A stretch of DNA of 64,000 nt from Thermoplasmatota archaeon (GTDB taxonomy: Archaea; Thermoplasmatota; Penumbrarchaeia; Penumbrarchaeales; Penumbrarchaeaceae), in NCBI GenBank assembly GCA_029762535.1, contig JARVGK010000007.1, positions 44,190 to 108,189 on the forward strand, read 5' to 3'. Under the pieces are notes generated by a model, which was given only the letters and a program-made list of their open reading frames with translations, had not been told where the DNA came from and ran no database searches. Made by a program: the position numbers and the translations under genes. Shown one piece after another: positions 1 through 11,012 of the stretch. Each line of letters begins with the position of its first letter. Position 1 is the stretch's first letter.

Positions 1-537
1 CGTGAGATGCTATATGTCGCATCTGGCCTGGACCTTAGCTATGCCCAGGAGGATATTAAGCAGATAGGTCATTGCATCGAGTTCAGGATCAATGCAGAGG
101 ACCCCCTCAACCAGTTCGCCCCCTGCCCCGGGAAGATCACCAGGTACGCGGAGCCGAGCGGGATCGGGGTCCGGGTGGATTCCGGGGTCTATCAGGGTTT
201 CACGATACCGCCGTTCTACGACTCGATGGTGGCGAAGCTTATCGTCTGGGGAGAGGATCGGAACTACTGCATCGAGAGGTCAAAGAGGGCACTGTTCGAG
301 ATGCAGGTGGGCGGCGTCAGAACGAACATCCCCTTCCATGAGGTCGTTCTCGAGCACCCTGCCTTCGTATCCGGAGATTACAACACCTCCTTCATCCCCA
401 GGTACAACATCATGGAGCAGGTGGTGGAATACTACAAGCTAAAGAAGATGGGGCAGGGCAACGCGCAGAAGGCGGCCGCTATGGCCGCTGTAGAGGCTGT
501 CATTGTCGCGGCCGCGCAGTCGAACGTATCGAAATGA
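1..537 (+). CDS. accC: Biotin carboxylase subunit (acetyl/propionyl-CoA or pyruvate carboxylase A), C-terminal part; gene begins before the window
   Basis: GHCIEFRINAEDP, GVRVDSG, PPFYDSMVAKLI and GVRTNI motifs of the biotin carboxylase C-terminal domain. Confidence 0.9.
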   Translation, partial: REMLYVASGLDLSYAQEDIKQIGHCIEFRINAEDPLNQFAPCPGKITRYAEPSGIGVRVDSGVYQGFTIPPFYDSMVAKLIVWGEDRNYCIERSKRALFEMQVGGVRTNIPFHEVVLEHPAFVSGDYNTSFIPRYNIMEQVVEYYKLKKMGQGNAQKAAAMAAVEAVIVAAAQSNVSK

Positions 538-543
538 TCGAGC

Positions 544-1059
544 TCATCTTCTTAGGATATAGGCCAGCGATGCCAGGGCAGCGAGGACAGCTATAGCCAA
601 TATCGTTACGGAACCGCATACGCTTCCTGCATCGATGTCCTGGTCATCCATGATCGTTTCAAGGAGGTCCATCTCCACTTGGACATTGACCGTTTCCTCT
701 TCATCCTCGTTCAGGACCAGCACGTATCTCATTTCGGTCGCGTCATCTCCATAATCATACTTCACGGTCTTTGAGGTCACTCCCTCGAACTTCTGTTCGT
801 ATGAGGAGAAGTCCCCGCTCATTCCGGCGGTCATGAACTGGGTCTGTGTCATAATGTATATGGTCACGGGTCCGTCGCTTGAAAAAATCAGGTTATAGCT
901 TCCTTTCGAGGTCATCGGGATCGGCATCCCATCGTAGTCTCCAGGCCCCAGATCGAAATCGCCGGTGGGATTTACGGCAAGGACCATAAGCGGCCCGGCC
1001 GCCAATGCGCATATCAGGAACATTGCCGATATTAGAAATAGATATTTTTGCATATTCAC
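544..1059 (-). CDS. Hypothetical exported protein with C-terminal membrane anchor
   Basis: N-terminal hydrophobic signal, beta-rich acidic core, C-terminal TM followed by RR. Confidence 0.7.
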   Translation of the reverse strand: MNMQKYLFLISAMFLICALAAGPLMVLAVNPTGDFDLGPGDYDGMPIPMTSKGSYNLIFSSDGPVTIYIMTQTQFMTAGMSGDFSSYEQKFEGVTSKTVKYDYGDDATEMRYVLVLNEDEEETVNVQVEMDLLETIMDDQDIDAGSVCGSVTILAIAVLAALASLAYILRR

Positions 1060-1212
1060 ACCCCGGGGATAATATGGTCAAGTTATAATATAAATCTTTC
1101 TTGATCTCGAGGGGCAGGGGGATCCCTTCGCCCCCCATTATTATCTTGGTACATTTTTGGATGTAGCTAACCTGCGAAGGGCTTATCTCATATTCCAACG
1201 ATAAGGGGATCG

Positions 1213-2823
1213 ATGTCCATATTCCTCAAGCCCGAACATCAAGGGTCGGAAGAGGAGATGATGAAGGACCCCGTCTGGAACGGGGTCCCACCTGTAGGTA
1301 AGAATCCGATCGGGAGCCGATCCCGCCTCCTGATGCTCGTCCTTGCGGTGTTCATGGTCAAGATAACGATCTGGACCGTCTATCGCTGGATGACCGGGAA
1401 CGTTTACCCGCTGACCGATCCCAGGGTCGAGGACTGGGTCAGCCTCTTTGCCAAACCCCTTCTACAGCTGGGGCCGGTCTTCATATTATGGTGGGTCCTC
1501 TTCAAGGAGAAGGGATCCCCCTTCAGGCTGACCAAGGTCAATCTGTTCTCATCCCTGATATGGGGGTTGATCGGAGGCGTTCTGTTCTATATGGTCGCCT
1601 CCCTCATTTACGTAGGGCAGATGAACTTCTTCGGCTTCGGAAGGGACTTCCATGTTGTCGCAGGATGGATGCTCAGGGACGTGGGTTGGTTCGGGGTGAT
1701 CTCGCTTCTATTCACATACATGCTCTCGACCGGCCCCGCCGAGGAGCTGTTCTCGCGGGGTTTCATACAGGACCAGACCGCCAGGGGCTTCTCGCTCTCT
1801 ACATCGATCATCATATCCGCATTCCTGTTCGCCATAGGTCATCTTCCCATATCCATAATGGTCCACAGGCTCTCCGCCACGGAGATCTTCTGGTACATGT
1901 GCGCCCTGATGCTCATGGGGATGTTCTTCTCCATCATCTATCAGATGTCCCGCAACATCGTGCTTGTGATCATCATACACGGGCTCTGGAACTGGTTCCT
2001 TACGCTCTTCGCTGTCAGGGGGGCCTACGACGCATCGTTCCTTGCGAACGCGGGGGCGAACTTCGGAAGGGCGGACCTTATCAACACATTCCTGACCATA
2101 TCGATCATGCTGCCTTTCTTCTATGCGTTGTACAGGATCTTCTGGAGAAAGCTGCGCTCCGGGGACAGGCCGGGGATCGAGGAGGCGCTGAGGGACATCC
2201 CAATAGTTAGGATGATAAGGGAGAGGGACAGGGGCGATTGGCCGAAAAGGCCCTGGATAATGACCGTCACCATCACGACCGTCTTCTGCCTTTCCATGAT
2301 CCCGATCGCCGCTGTTGTGGGAACCTACGATCCCTCCCTTGCATATGATAGGGTGACCCCTGAGAGCATGGATCCCATGGAGGTCCATAATGTATCCTCC
2401 GTCTTCAGCGAGAACTTCCTTCAGGAGGGGGATATGTTCTTATTCGATCTGGAGAGGAACATCACGATATACATGGTCAACGTGACCCTCAAGTGGACCG
2501 ACGAGCCTCCCGCGGGTCCAAGATATACCAATCTGGCGGATCATTTCAGGGTGGCCATTCTAGGTTCGGCCAGCGGAGAGCTGGATTCGGCCTCGGGATC
2601 GAGCGGGTTCATAGAGCTTCACTGGTCCACGGACCCTGAGATGGCCCTGGACGATATCACTGTCTCTGTGGAAATGATCGAAGCGGGCGATCAGGAGCCG
2701 ATGGTCTCCCTCATCGGCCTGCGTACGGTAAGTGACGACGGCAACTCGTTCCGGTTGGACGTATCATATCACACCGTCACATACCTACCAAGGACCGAAG
2801 AGAGCGGTGACGTGAGATGGTAA
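1213..2823 (+). CDS. CPBP/Abi (CAAX-protease-like) intramembrane glutamic metalloprotease with C-terminal extracellular domain
   Basis: EELFSRG, FAIGH and HGLWN motifs; multiple TMs; ~160-aa hydrophilic C-terminal domain. Confidence 0.85.
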   Translation: MSIFLKPEHQGSEEEMMKDPVWNGVPPVGKNPIGSRSRLLMLVLAVFMVKITIWTVYRWMTGNVYPLTDPRVEDWVSLFAKPLLQLGPVFILWWVLFKEKGSPFRLTKVNLFSSLIWGLIGGVLFYMVASLIYVGQMNFFGFGRDFHVVAGWMLRDVGWFGVISLLFTYMLSTGPAEELFSRGFIQDQTARGFSLSTSIIISAFLFAIGHLPISIMVHRLSATEIFWYMCALMLMGMFFSIIYQMSRNIVLVIIIHGLWNWFLTLFAVRGAYDASFLANAGANFGRADLINTFLTISIMLPFFYALYRIFWRKLRSGDRPGIEEALRDIPIVRMIRERDRGDWPKRPWIMTVTITTVFCLSMIPIAAVVGTYDPSLAYDRVTPESMDPMEVHNVSSVFSENFLQEGDMFLFDLERNITIYMVNVTLKWTDEPPAGPRYTNLADHFRVAILGSASGELDSASGSSGFIELHWSTDPEMALDDITVSVEMIEAGDQEPMVSLIGLRTVSDDGNSFRLDVSYHTVTYLPRTEESGDVRW

Positions 2824-2899
2824 AATAAAAAAGAACGGGGCCCCGGACCAACCGGAGACCCCCATCGCCATGCTGAAGATGTTCCTCTTCTATCGGAAC

Positions 2900-4426
2900 T
2901 CAACGATCCTTGTCTATGTAGTACGTCTCGTAGAAATCGGCGTCGTGTGCATCCTTCTTGCCGATGCTCTCCCTGCGCCTCATCGCCATAAGCCCTCCTA
3001 TGGACACGACCGCCACGACGACCACCAGAGCTACAGCGATGAAGAACACAATGCCAAGGACCATGACCCTGACGAAAGGCCTGTCCTGGTCCTGTTCATC
3101 AAGGGAGAGAACTCCCACTTCATAACCGGGGTCGTGGTATATGCTGGACCCGCCGGGGTAGGAAAACCCACCTACAACGCCGAAACCGGCGTAAAGAGCG
3201 CCGTTAGCGTTGATCCCCGCGAAAGCCCTTGCGAAATAGACCTGGAAGTGCATATCCGTCTCGTTCCCATCCACCGTGACGTTGGAGACCCAGGTCAGAC
3301 CGCCTATCCTGTCCCAGTTGTCCCGTATCCCAAGATGGTTCTTCTGGATGATACGGGGCCGCTCGATGCCCTGGTTCAGGACGGGATCATCGCCTGTTAT
3401 GCGCTTGATGTTCTTCGGTCCAAGGTTCTCGTATCCTGCGTTGGTGATGTATGAGGCGGACCCGTCCGCCTCCCCGAATCGCTCCCAGTACTGGTTCCTG
3501 AGATGCTCGGTGGCCTTTGGCGATATCGCGGTCAAAAAGAGTATCTCCGTCGAGAGCATCAAAGATCGATTGATATTCCTGCTGTGGAAATCCCATCCCT
3601 CGATGTAGTGGTCGTACTTCACATCGGCCGAGACCCTGCTCCCGCTGTAGGTTCGGTTGCCTTCTTCGGAGACGTCGCCCATGGACCAGTCCCCATTGCT
3701 CCTGCTGACCTCCACGCGATATACCGGTACATCATCGACGGCAACGTTGTTCCTCTGCGCGTATAGATGGAAGGTCAGCTCCACCTTCTCGAGCTTGTTC
3801 TGCCTGTCAACGGGGAGGCCCATAAGCGGCCCCTTGTAACCAAGGTCCTGCGCGGTGAGGGTCACTTCCCATTCCACGGAACCGTTCCCATTATCGGTCT
3901 TCTTCGTGTTCGAAGGGGTCCATCCAGTCCTCAGGGGCACCTTCTTGAATACCGGTTCAATGGTGTTTATATCGGAATCGTTCCCCTGATGACCCGAGGA
4001 CCTTCTCGAGTCCCAGATCCCGTCCCCGTCCCTGTCATCGAACTCGTATATCGTATCGAATCGCTGGGCATAGAGGGTCTTCACCGGGATCGGCTTTCCA
4101 GATCGCAGCAGGTCCCCGTCCTCGTCATATATATCGGCGACCCCCAGGTACCTGGTGAAGATCGATATAACGTACACGTGGTTGGGGTTCTCCTCCGTTC
4201 CATAGAGAAGGCCTATCATGGCGTCGTTGTCCTCGTTGTGTATTCCGATGAAGTCCCCGCCGCCAAGGACGTTCTCGATCCTCTTCTCCGTCACTTTCAG
4301 CTCCGGGAACTCGGTCCCGGCCTCCGCCTCGGGTGCGCCTGATGCGAAGCTCATACCTCCTGTGAGGATTAGGATCGCGAGGGACACCGCGAGCGCCATT
4401 GTCGTTCCTGCTTTCATTTTCTTCAC
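2900..4426 (-). CDS. Hypothetical secreted/surface protein with C-terminal TM anchor
   Basis: Signal peptide, DDRDGDG Ca-binding-like loop, C-terminal hydrophobic helix plus RRR. Confidence 0.75.
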   Translation of the reverse strand: MKKMKAGTTMALAVSLAILILTGGMSFASGAPEAEAGTEFPELKVTEKRIENVLGGGDFIGIHNEDNDAMIGLLYGTEENPNHVYVISIFTRYLGVADIYDEDGDLLRSGKPIPVKTLYAQRFDTIYEFDDRDGDGIWDSRRSSGHQGNDSDINTIEPVFKKVPLRTGWTPSNTKKTDNGNGSVEWEVTLTAQDLGYKGPLMGLPVDRQNKLEKVELTFHLYAQRNNVAVDDVPVYRVEVSRSNGDWSMGDVSEEGNRTYSGSRVSADVKYDHYIEGWDFHSRNINRSLMLSTEILFLTAISPKATEHLRNQYWERFGEADGSASYITNAGYENLGPKNIKRITGDDPVLNQGIERPRIIQKNHLGIRDNWDRIGGLTWVSNVTVDGNETDMHFQVYFARAFAGINANGALYAGFGVVGGFSYPGGSSIYHDPGYEVGVLSLDEQDQDRPFVRVMVLGIVFFIAVALVVVVAVVSIGGLMAMRRRESIGKKDAHDADFYETYYIDKDR

Positions 4427-4583
4427 CTCGAGGGCCCCTCTACGGGCCCATGACAGCCATATTCGCTTTTTTTAGGCATATAAGCAGCGCGTAATTGTCC
4501 CTACTTGTATCATGTAGTGCTCGCGTAAGACCGAATGAAAGTGGGATGACAACTATTGAATAACACCGGATCGATGATGTATC

Positions 4584-7160
4584 ATGGAGGACCTGCCCAA
4601 GCTCACGATCGAGGAGAGGATCCTTCTTGTGCTCGCCGATAACCTTCGATACGACGAGGCCTTCGAGGTGCCTTCCAGCATGACCCAGGAAGGGCTATCG
4701 GAACTGATAGGAGCGAACAGGCCCAACACATCCAGATCGCTGGGATCATTGTTGAAGAAGAGGATGGTCAGAGAGAGGCTGGCCCATGTCAAGGGCCACA
4801 GGCGCAGGAAGAAGGCCTACATGGCCATGGGCGAGGGGATCGATGAGGGGCATAGGGTTAGAGAGAACGTGTCCCGACTGAGTATCGGCGGGACCCCGGT
4901 ATCTGAGATCGCTGAACGGACGGGAAGGAACGTTTCCGAAACGTTCCTATACCTCTCGAAAGGCGGGGGCCAGGGGCCTGATCCCGTTGGAACCTTTCCA
5001 CGAAAGGACAGGGGATTCTTCGGTCGAAGAGAAGAGGCGATCTCCATCCAGAGATGGGCGAAGGACCCTGATAGCAACGTTCTCGTAATTTGGGGCTTGG
5101 CGGGCATCGGCAAGACCGCCTTGGTCAAAAAGGCGCTGTCCCGGCTAAGATTCGATATCGTATCGGTCCCGGTCGCGTCCACAGCCGAAGGGATACTGCA
5201 TCAGATAGAGATCGCCCTGTCGACCGATCTTCCCAGAAAGAGAGGACCTGCAGAAATTGCCGAAAGGATCTTAAAAGCGATCTCGGGAAAGGAGATACTT
5301 GTCCTCGATGACCTTCAAAATTCCGATGCCGCTTTCCTGAGAGTGATGTCCCATGTGGCGGTCAGCCCGTATAAGTTCAAGATGGTCATGATCACCAGGA
5401 CCAAGGGCTCCTTCTACACCCCGAAACACGTCCTGGAAGGCAGGATCGCTGAGATGGAGATCCAGGGCTTGAAAAAGGATGATGCACTTGATCTGCTCCG
5501 CTCCAGGGGCTTGGACCCCGAGGTCTCGAAGGATATGTTCGAAAGGTTCGGAGGGCATCCTCTCGCTCTGATGCTCGTATCGGAGAATGAGGGACTCAAG
5601 GCCTATTCCGACATATCAGATATGATAGAAAAGGAGGTGATCTCCTCCCTCTCTGAGGAGGAGCTTTCGCTTTTGAGGGCGATATGCGTTCACCGATCCC
5701 CTCTTAACGACATCATGGGGCTCATAAGGGCAGGGGACCTTTCCCCATCCGCTCTCAGGACACTGTTGGAAAATGGCCTGCTGGAGACCCAGGGAGAAAC
5801 GGTCAGCGTCCATTCCCTTATCAAGAACGTCGTGGGCGAGGGAATGGGACCGGACCATTGGAAACGCTTCAACTCGATCGCCTCGGACCTATACCTTCGA
5901 AGCATCGATAGATACCCCTCTTACATAGAAGCGATGTACCACCTGAGCCAGTCGGATAGAAAATCCGAATTCGTGGAATTGTTGAGGGATCGGGGTTCCA
6001 GGGCTCTGGACGCGGGTTTCCTGGAGCTCTTATTGGTCCTGGATGATGTCAACCCCGCCTCCTTCGATGATACAGGGAGGGGATACATACACGCTTTGAA
6101 GGGAGAGGGTTTGGGCCTTCTCGGGGACCTCGAAAAGGCCAGGCATGAAATGGAGCTTGCCATATCCGCCGGTTCCAAGGACCCTTCCCTTGAAGCGTTC
6201 ATACTTGAGAGGTTGGGAAACACACTCAGGATGTCCGGTGATGAGAGAGGGGCTATCGGTTACCTCGAGCGGGCGGAGAGGGCCCTCTTCCGGATGGCAG
6301 AAAAGAGTTCGATGGACATATCAAGACATATCTCGGCGCTCAACGGCCTGGGTCTATCATATCGGGCCGTGGGTGAGAAAAGATCGGGCATCGATATTTT
6401 TCGCCGCTCGATAGAGATCGCCTCGGCATGCGATCCTTTCGGTTCCAAACCCGCACTCTACCTGAACCTCGGCAGGTCCCTGATGGAGGACGGTGAGAGG
6501 TCCAAGGCCTTGATCGAGCTTGAAAAAGGTTTGGGATCCGCCCGGGATCTGGGGGACGAACATACCGCTTCCCTCATACTGGGAACCATGGGAGAGATAG
6601 AGGCGGCACAGGGGAGGCAGCAGGAGGCGATGGAGCTCTTCCAGAAGGCGCTGTCCACAACGCCAGACCCGTTCGAACTCGAGGACATGGCATCATCTTA
6701 TCTCAGCCGGTCCGCCAAGGAGAAGGACGGAATGGACATGCTGAAGAGGATCGGTTCTCTCCTGAGCGTTAGGCGTTCCTCAGAGGATGCCGACCTGTCG
6801 CGTTTGTATTCCATGATCTGCAGGGTCGGCGGGGAGAGGGGGATCGCGATCCCCTCGGGCATACATGAAAAGGCCTACGATATGTTCATTGACAGAGGTA
6901 TGCGTCCAGAGGCATACAAAGCCCTGAACAATCTTGGGGTCACCCTTTCAAGGTCCGGCGAACATGCCAGGGCCGTGGATACGTTGATGATGACGCTGGA
7001 GCTTGCACAGGAGGCGCGATCGAGGATAATGACCCTTTACAACCTCTCCAGGGCCCTGAAAAGGCTTAACAGGAACGCAGAGGCATCGTCCAGGATGCTC
7101 GAAGCCAAGAGGCTCGCGGAACAGGCCAGGCAGACGGACCTTATGGAATTGTTAGAATGA
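4584..7160 (+). CDS. Winged-HTH + STAND/NB-ARC-like ATPase + TPR-repeat regulator
   Basis: N-terminal MTQEGLSE..RPNTSRSL HTH; FFGRREE; Walker A GLAGIGKT; Walker B LVLDD; GGHPLAL; C-terminal TPR-like repeats (ALNGLG, YLNLG, ALNNLG). Confidence 0.85.
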   Translation: MEDLPKLTIEERILLVLADNLRYDEAFEVPSSMTQEGLSELIGANRPNTSRSLGSLLKKRMVRERLAHVKGHRRRKKAYMAMGEGIDEGHRVRENVSRLSIGGTPVSEIAERTGRNVSETFLYLSKGGGQGPDPVGTFPRKDRGFFGRREEAISIQRWAKDPDSNVLVIWGLAGIGKTALVKKALSRLRFDIVSVPVASTAEGILHQIEIALSTDLPRKRGPAEIAERILKAISGKEILVLDDLQNSDAAFLRVMSHVAVSPYKFKMVMITRTKGSFYTPKHVLEGRIAEMEIQGLKKDDALDLLRSRGLDPEVSKDMFERFGGHPLALMLVSENEGLKAYSDISDMIEKEVISSLSEEELSLLRAICVHRSPLNDIMGLIRAGDLSPSALRTLLENGLLETQGETVSVHSLIKNVVGEGMGPDHWKRFNSIASDLYLRSIDRYPSYIEAMYHLSQSDRKSEFVELLRDRGSRALDAGFLELLLVLDDVNPASFDDTGRGYIHALKGEGLGLLGDLEKARHEMELAISAGSKDPSLEAFILERLGNTLRMSGDERGAIGYLERAERALFRMAEKSSMDISRHISALNGLGLSYRAVGEKRSGIDIFRRSIEIASACDPFGSKPALYLNLGRSLMEDGERSKALIELEKGLGSARDLGDEHTASLILGTMGEIEAAQGRQQEAMELFQKALSTTPDPFELEDMASSYLSRSAKEKDGMDMLKRIGSLLSVRRSSEDADLSRLYSMICRVGGERGIAIPSGIHEKAYDMFIDRGMRPEAYKALNNLGVTLSRSGEHARAVDTLMMTLELAQEARSRIMTLYNLSRALKRLNRNAEASSRMLEAKRLAEQARQTDLMELLE

Positions 7161-7169
7161 TCGGCATAA

Positions 7170-7250
7170 AAAATATATATTCTATATATGAATATATAGC
7201 CTATATCCTCTAATATAGTTTACGTATGTAAATCATATATATACTATGCA
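7170..7250 (+). promoter_or_regulatory. AT-rich promoter region of pst operon 1 with ~10-bp phased ATATA motifs (candidate archaeal Pho-box array)
   Basis: aaatatatat tctatatatg aatatatagc ctatatcctc taatatagtt directly upstream of pstS. Confidence 0.5.
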
Positions 7251-7274
7251 CTTTGTCTGCCTCGGTGGTAATTA

Positions 7275-8294
7275 GTGAAAGGTTATAGAAAATACATTAC
7301 CGGGGGCATTGCCGTTTTCGCCGTGGCCTTGATGGCCATAGTGGCGGGATGCCTGGAAGGAAGCAGTGGAAAGGAAAACCTGATCCAGACGGGTTCGAGC
7401 ACGGTATTGCCTCTGGCCACGAAGTGGGCTGAGGAATACGATGGGGCCAACATAGCGGTCTCGGGCGGCGGTTCAAGCCATGGTTTGAACGCCCTCCTGA
7501 ACGGCGAGGCCGATCTCGGCGATGCCAGCCGTCTGATGAAGGGGAGCGATTACGAGAAGGTCGGCGGAAACGCCGGTGACGTCAACTCCGACGGGACCGC
7601 CAAGAAGGCCGCCCCTACCGGCGTATGGCCCTACAAATGGGTAGTCGCCTATGACGTTCTCGCTACCGTTGTGAACAATGACAACACATGGGCGACAGAG
7701 CTCACTTTCGATCAGCTCTATCACATATTCACCACGGATAACACAGCGATATACTGGGACGATCCGATCCTCAACCTGACCGGAGCCCCGCACGAGAAGA
7801 TCGAGATATACGCTCCAGATGAGGCCTCGGGAACATACGACTACTTCTTCGAGTCCCTCATCTCCGATTGGGGCAAGGACACCAGGACGGTCAAGACCAG
7901 GCTCGAGGCTGGCGATGGGGTCTATCATCCCAGCGCCGATGACAACGTGATCATGAACGCTATAAAGGCGAACAAGAACGCGATCGGTTTCTTCGGGTTC
8001 GCATACCTCATCGAGAACCCGAACGTCGTGAAGCCCGTCAAGATAGCGGAGACGGATACCTTCGTGGAGCCCTCCTTCGCCACAGTGAGCACCTATCCGA
8101 TGGCCAGGCCTCTGTTCATCTACACGAACGGCATCCCCAAACAGGACAACGATAAGGGAAAGGCGATCTATGAGTACCTGGAGTTCATCCTTTCCGAGGA
8201 AGGCCAGAGAATGGTACCCGAGGTAGGATACGTCAGGCTATCCCTTGTGGACCCCTCTCTCGCAGCGAACCAGCTGGCAGACCTGAAGGCTTGA
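7275..8294 (+). CDS. pstS: Phosphate ABC transporter substrate-binding lipoprotein PstS (copy 1)
   Basis: Lipobox IVAGC; TGSSTV, GGGSSHG, DASR, SGTYDYF and YPMARPLF motifs; first gene of pst operon. Confidence 0.93.
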   Translation: MKGYRKYITGGIAVFAVALMAIVAGCLEGSSGKENLIQTGSSTVLPLATKWAEEYDGANIAVSGGGSSHGLNALLNGEADLGDASRLMKGSDYEKVGGNAGDVNSDGTAKKAAPTGVWPYKWVVAYDVLATVVNNDNTWATELTFDQLYHIFTTDNTAIYWDDPILNLTGAPHEKIEIYAPDEASGTYDYFFESLISDWGKDTRTVKTRLEAGDGVYHPSADDNVIMNAIKANKNAIGFFGFAYLIENPNVVKPVKIAETDTFVEPSFATVSTYPMARPLFIYTNGIPKQDNDKGKAIYEYLEFILSEEGQRMVPEVGYVRLSLVDPSLAANQLADLKA

Positions 8295-8295
8295 A

Positions 8296-10179
8296 GTGGT
8301 GAATATGGAGCCGTCGACGGAAAAGGGCGGGAACCCTTACAGAAAGAGGTTCCGCCCGGGGGAGGACCTCATATCATGGTTCCTCCTGGGGATGGCGAGC
8401 CTGGCGATCATCGTCAGCCTGGCCATAATCTACACCCTCGTCGACGGCTCTTACGGTTTTTTTATAGACGCCCGTGTTGACATCATCGATTTCTTCACGG
8501 GAAAGAACTGGTCCCCGCACGGGGCAACCCCAAGCTTCGGCATGGGGCCGCTGATCCAGGGGACGGTGATGATCGCGGGTGGCGCACTTATCCTGGGAGG
8601 GCCTCTCGGCATCATGGCGGCTTTATATCTTTCAGAGTTCGCCCATAACAGGATCAGGGCCGTGGCGAAACCGTTCCTGGAGATCCTTGCCGGGATCCCC
8701 TCGATCGTTTATGGTTTCTTCGCCCTCCTGGTCATAAGCCAGGTGTTCAGGGATTACTTCGAAGCGGATTATTTCAACGCCGCGTCCGCGATAGTCGTGA
8801 TGGCCGTCATGATCCTGCCCATCGTCGTCAGCGTCTCCGATGACTCGATGAAGGCCGTACCCCGTGAGATGAGGGAAGCGAGCCTGGCAATGGGCGCCAC
8901 GAAATGGGAGACCGCCACGAAGGTGGTCATGCCCGCGGCATCATCGGGCATAATGGCCTCGGTACTCCTCGGACTCGCCAGGGCGATAGGCGAGACCATG
9001 GTCGTGGTCCTCGCGGCAGGAAGCATCGCGAAGTTCTCATGGTCAATATTCCACGAGCACATGACCATGACCGCCTACATCGCCCAGGTGGCAACGGGCG
9101 ACATACCTCCCGGCATCGGGATCCAGGCGGCCTTCGCCGTCGGTCTTGTGCTCTTCGCCATCACTTTCTTGATCAACTGGCTGGCATCCAAGGTCGTGAT
9201 CAGCATCAAGAAAGGCGGGTCCGGGGGCCTGAGGAGAAAAAAACTCGGCCTCCTCAGCAGCGCACTCCATCTACTTCCCAATCTGACCAACGATCTATTG
9301 GATAAGGTAAGATCGGACAGGATGTCGAAGAACATGACGATGCGTTATGTCAAGGAGCGGGTCGGAAAGGTGGTCCTGGGATCCTCTCTCTTGGTCGCGC
9401 TTGTGTTTCTCGTATTCCTGCTCTATTCGATACTGGAGCAGGGGTTGTCAGGTCTTACCCCGCATTTCTTCACGAATTTCCCGAGCTCCGACCCCGCAAA
9501 GGCGGGGATATGGCCCGTTATACAGGGATCGGTTTACCTCGTGCTTCTGACCATGCTCTTCGCGATGCCGGTGGGGATCGGGGCCGCGATATACCTAAAC
9601 GAGTTCGCGAAGGAGAACTGGTTCAATTTGTTCCTGAGGAGGATCATCCAGAACCTCGCGGGGGTCCCGTCGATCGTCTTCGGGCTAGTGGGCCTCACCA
9701 TCTTCGTCAGGTTCTTCAGTTTCGGGCTCAGCCTTCTGTCAGGAGCTCTGACCCTGGCCATAATGGTTCTGCCTATAGTGATCGTGACGTCCGAGGAGGC
9801 GCTCAGGTCAGTTCCCCAGACCTTCAGGGAAGCGGCAAGGGGTTTAGGCGCCACGAAGTGGCAGACTGTCTGGCATCACGTCCTTCCCAATGCGATCCCC
9901 GGCGTGCTCACCGGGAGCATCCTGTCCCTCTCAAGAGCGCTGGGGGAGACCGCACCCATACTCTTTATCGCAAGTTTCTTCTCCAAGGTGGCGCCGAACT
10001 CCATCATGGACGGTTTCTTGGCCCTTCCGATCACGATATTCTACTGGACCAAACATCCCAAGCAGGAGTTCCAGGACCTCGCAGCGACCACGATCATCGT
10101 CCTGTTGTTGATACTCCTTACCATGAACGCGGTCGCCATATTCATCAGACAGAGATCACAATCCAAAAGGAAGTGGTAG
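8296..10179 (+). CDS. pstC: Fused phosphate ABC permease PstC-PstA (copy 1)
   Basis: Two permease halves, LAGIPSIVYG/EASLAMGATKWET/ARAIGET and LAGVPSIVFG/EAARGLGATKWQT/SRALGETAP, in one ORF. Confidence 0.92.
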   Translation: MVNMEPSTEKGGNPYRKRFRPGEDLISWFLLGMASLAIIVSLAIIYTLVDGSYGFFIDARVDIIDFFTGKNWSPHGATPSFGMGPLIQGTVMIAGGALILGGPLGIMAALYLSEFAHNRIRAVAKPFLEILAGIPSIVYGFFALLVISQVFRDYFEADYFNAASAIVVMAVMILPIVVSVSDDSMKAVPREMREASLAMGATKWETATKVVMPAASSGIMASVLLGLARAIGETMVVVLAAGSIAKFSWSIFHEHMTMTAYIAQVATGDIPPGIGIQAAFAVGLVLFAITFLINWLASKVVISIKKGGSGGLRRKKLGLLSSALHLLPNLTNDLLDKVRSDRMSKNMTMRYVKERVGKVVLGSSLLVALVFLVFLLYSILEQGLSGLTPHFFTNFPSSDPAKAGIWPVIQGSVYLVLLTMLFAMPVGIGAAIYLNEFAKENWFNLFLRRIIQNLAGVPSIVFGLVGLTIFVRFFSFGLSLLSGALTLAIMVLPIVIVTSEEALRSVPQTFREAARGLGATKWQTVWHHVLPNAIPGVLTGSILSLSRALGETAPILFIASFFSKVAPNSIMDGFLALPITIFYWTKHPKQEFQDLAATTIIVLLLILLTMNAVAIFIRQRSQSKRKW

Positions 10180-10182
10180 GAC

Positions 10183-11004
10183 TTGTTCGCATTCCTGAAT
10201 AAGAAAAAGAAAGAAGAATGTGTTTGCCCCATACCCGGGAAAGAAGCCAAGGAAGCCTACATCGATATGAAGGGCGTCAATATATTCTACGGGTCCAATC
10301 GCGCGGTCAAGGACGTTTCGATGAGGATCAAACACCGCAAGGTCACGGCATTCATCGGACCCTCAGGGTGCGGAAAGAGCACGCTTTTAAGGGCCTTGAA
10401 CCGCATGAACGATGAGATCGACGGATGCAAGATGACCGGTTCCATATTCATGAACGGAGTGGACATACTCGGAAAGAAGGTGGACCCGGTTTCCCTGAGG
10501 ACCAACGTCGGCATGGTCTTCCAGAAGCCAAACCCGTTCCCCAAATCCATCTTCGACAACGTCGCCTACGGACCGCGGATCCACGGGATCAGGAAGAAGA
10601 GCACTCTCGACTGCATAGTCGAGAAGAGCCTGAGGGACGCCGCCCTCTGGGAAGAGGTAGGGGATAGGCTCGCGGAGTCCGCAATAGGACTATCAGGCGG
10701 CCAGCAGCAGAGGCTGTGCATCGCCAGGGCTCTTGCCGTGAACCCCGAAATGATACTGATGGACGAGCCCTGCTCGGCTTTGGACCCCATCGCGACCTCG
10801 AAGATCGAGGACCTTATTTTCGAGCTGAAGAAGAGCTATACTGTCGTGATAGTGACGCACAACATGCAGCAGGCCGCGAGGGTCAGCGACGACACCGGTT
10901 TCATGTACCTGGGGGAGCTCATAGAGTTCGGACCGACGAAACAGATCTTCCAGAGGCCGAAGCAGAAGCTGACTGAAAATTATATTACGGGAAGGTTCGG
11001 TTAG
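10183..11004 (+). CDS. pstB: Phosphate ABC transporter ATPase PstB (copy 1)
   Basis: [49 protein letters not shown]. Confidence 0.96.
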   Translation: MFAFLNKKKKEECVCPIPGKEAKEAYIDMKGVNIFYGSNRAVKDVSMRIKHRKVTAFIGPSGCGKSTLLRALNRMNDEIDGCKMTGSIFMNGVDILGKKVDPVSLRTNVGMVFQKPNPFPKSIFDNVAYGPRIHGIRKKSTLDCIVEKSLRDAALWEEVGDRLAESAIGLSGGQQQRLCIARALAVNPEMILMDEPCSALDPIATSKIEDLIFELKKSYTVVIVTHNMQQAARVSDDTGFMYLGELIEFGPTKQIFQRPKQKLTENYITGRFG

Positions 11005-11012
11005 GTGATGTC

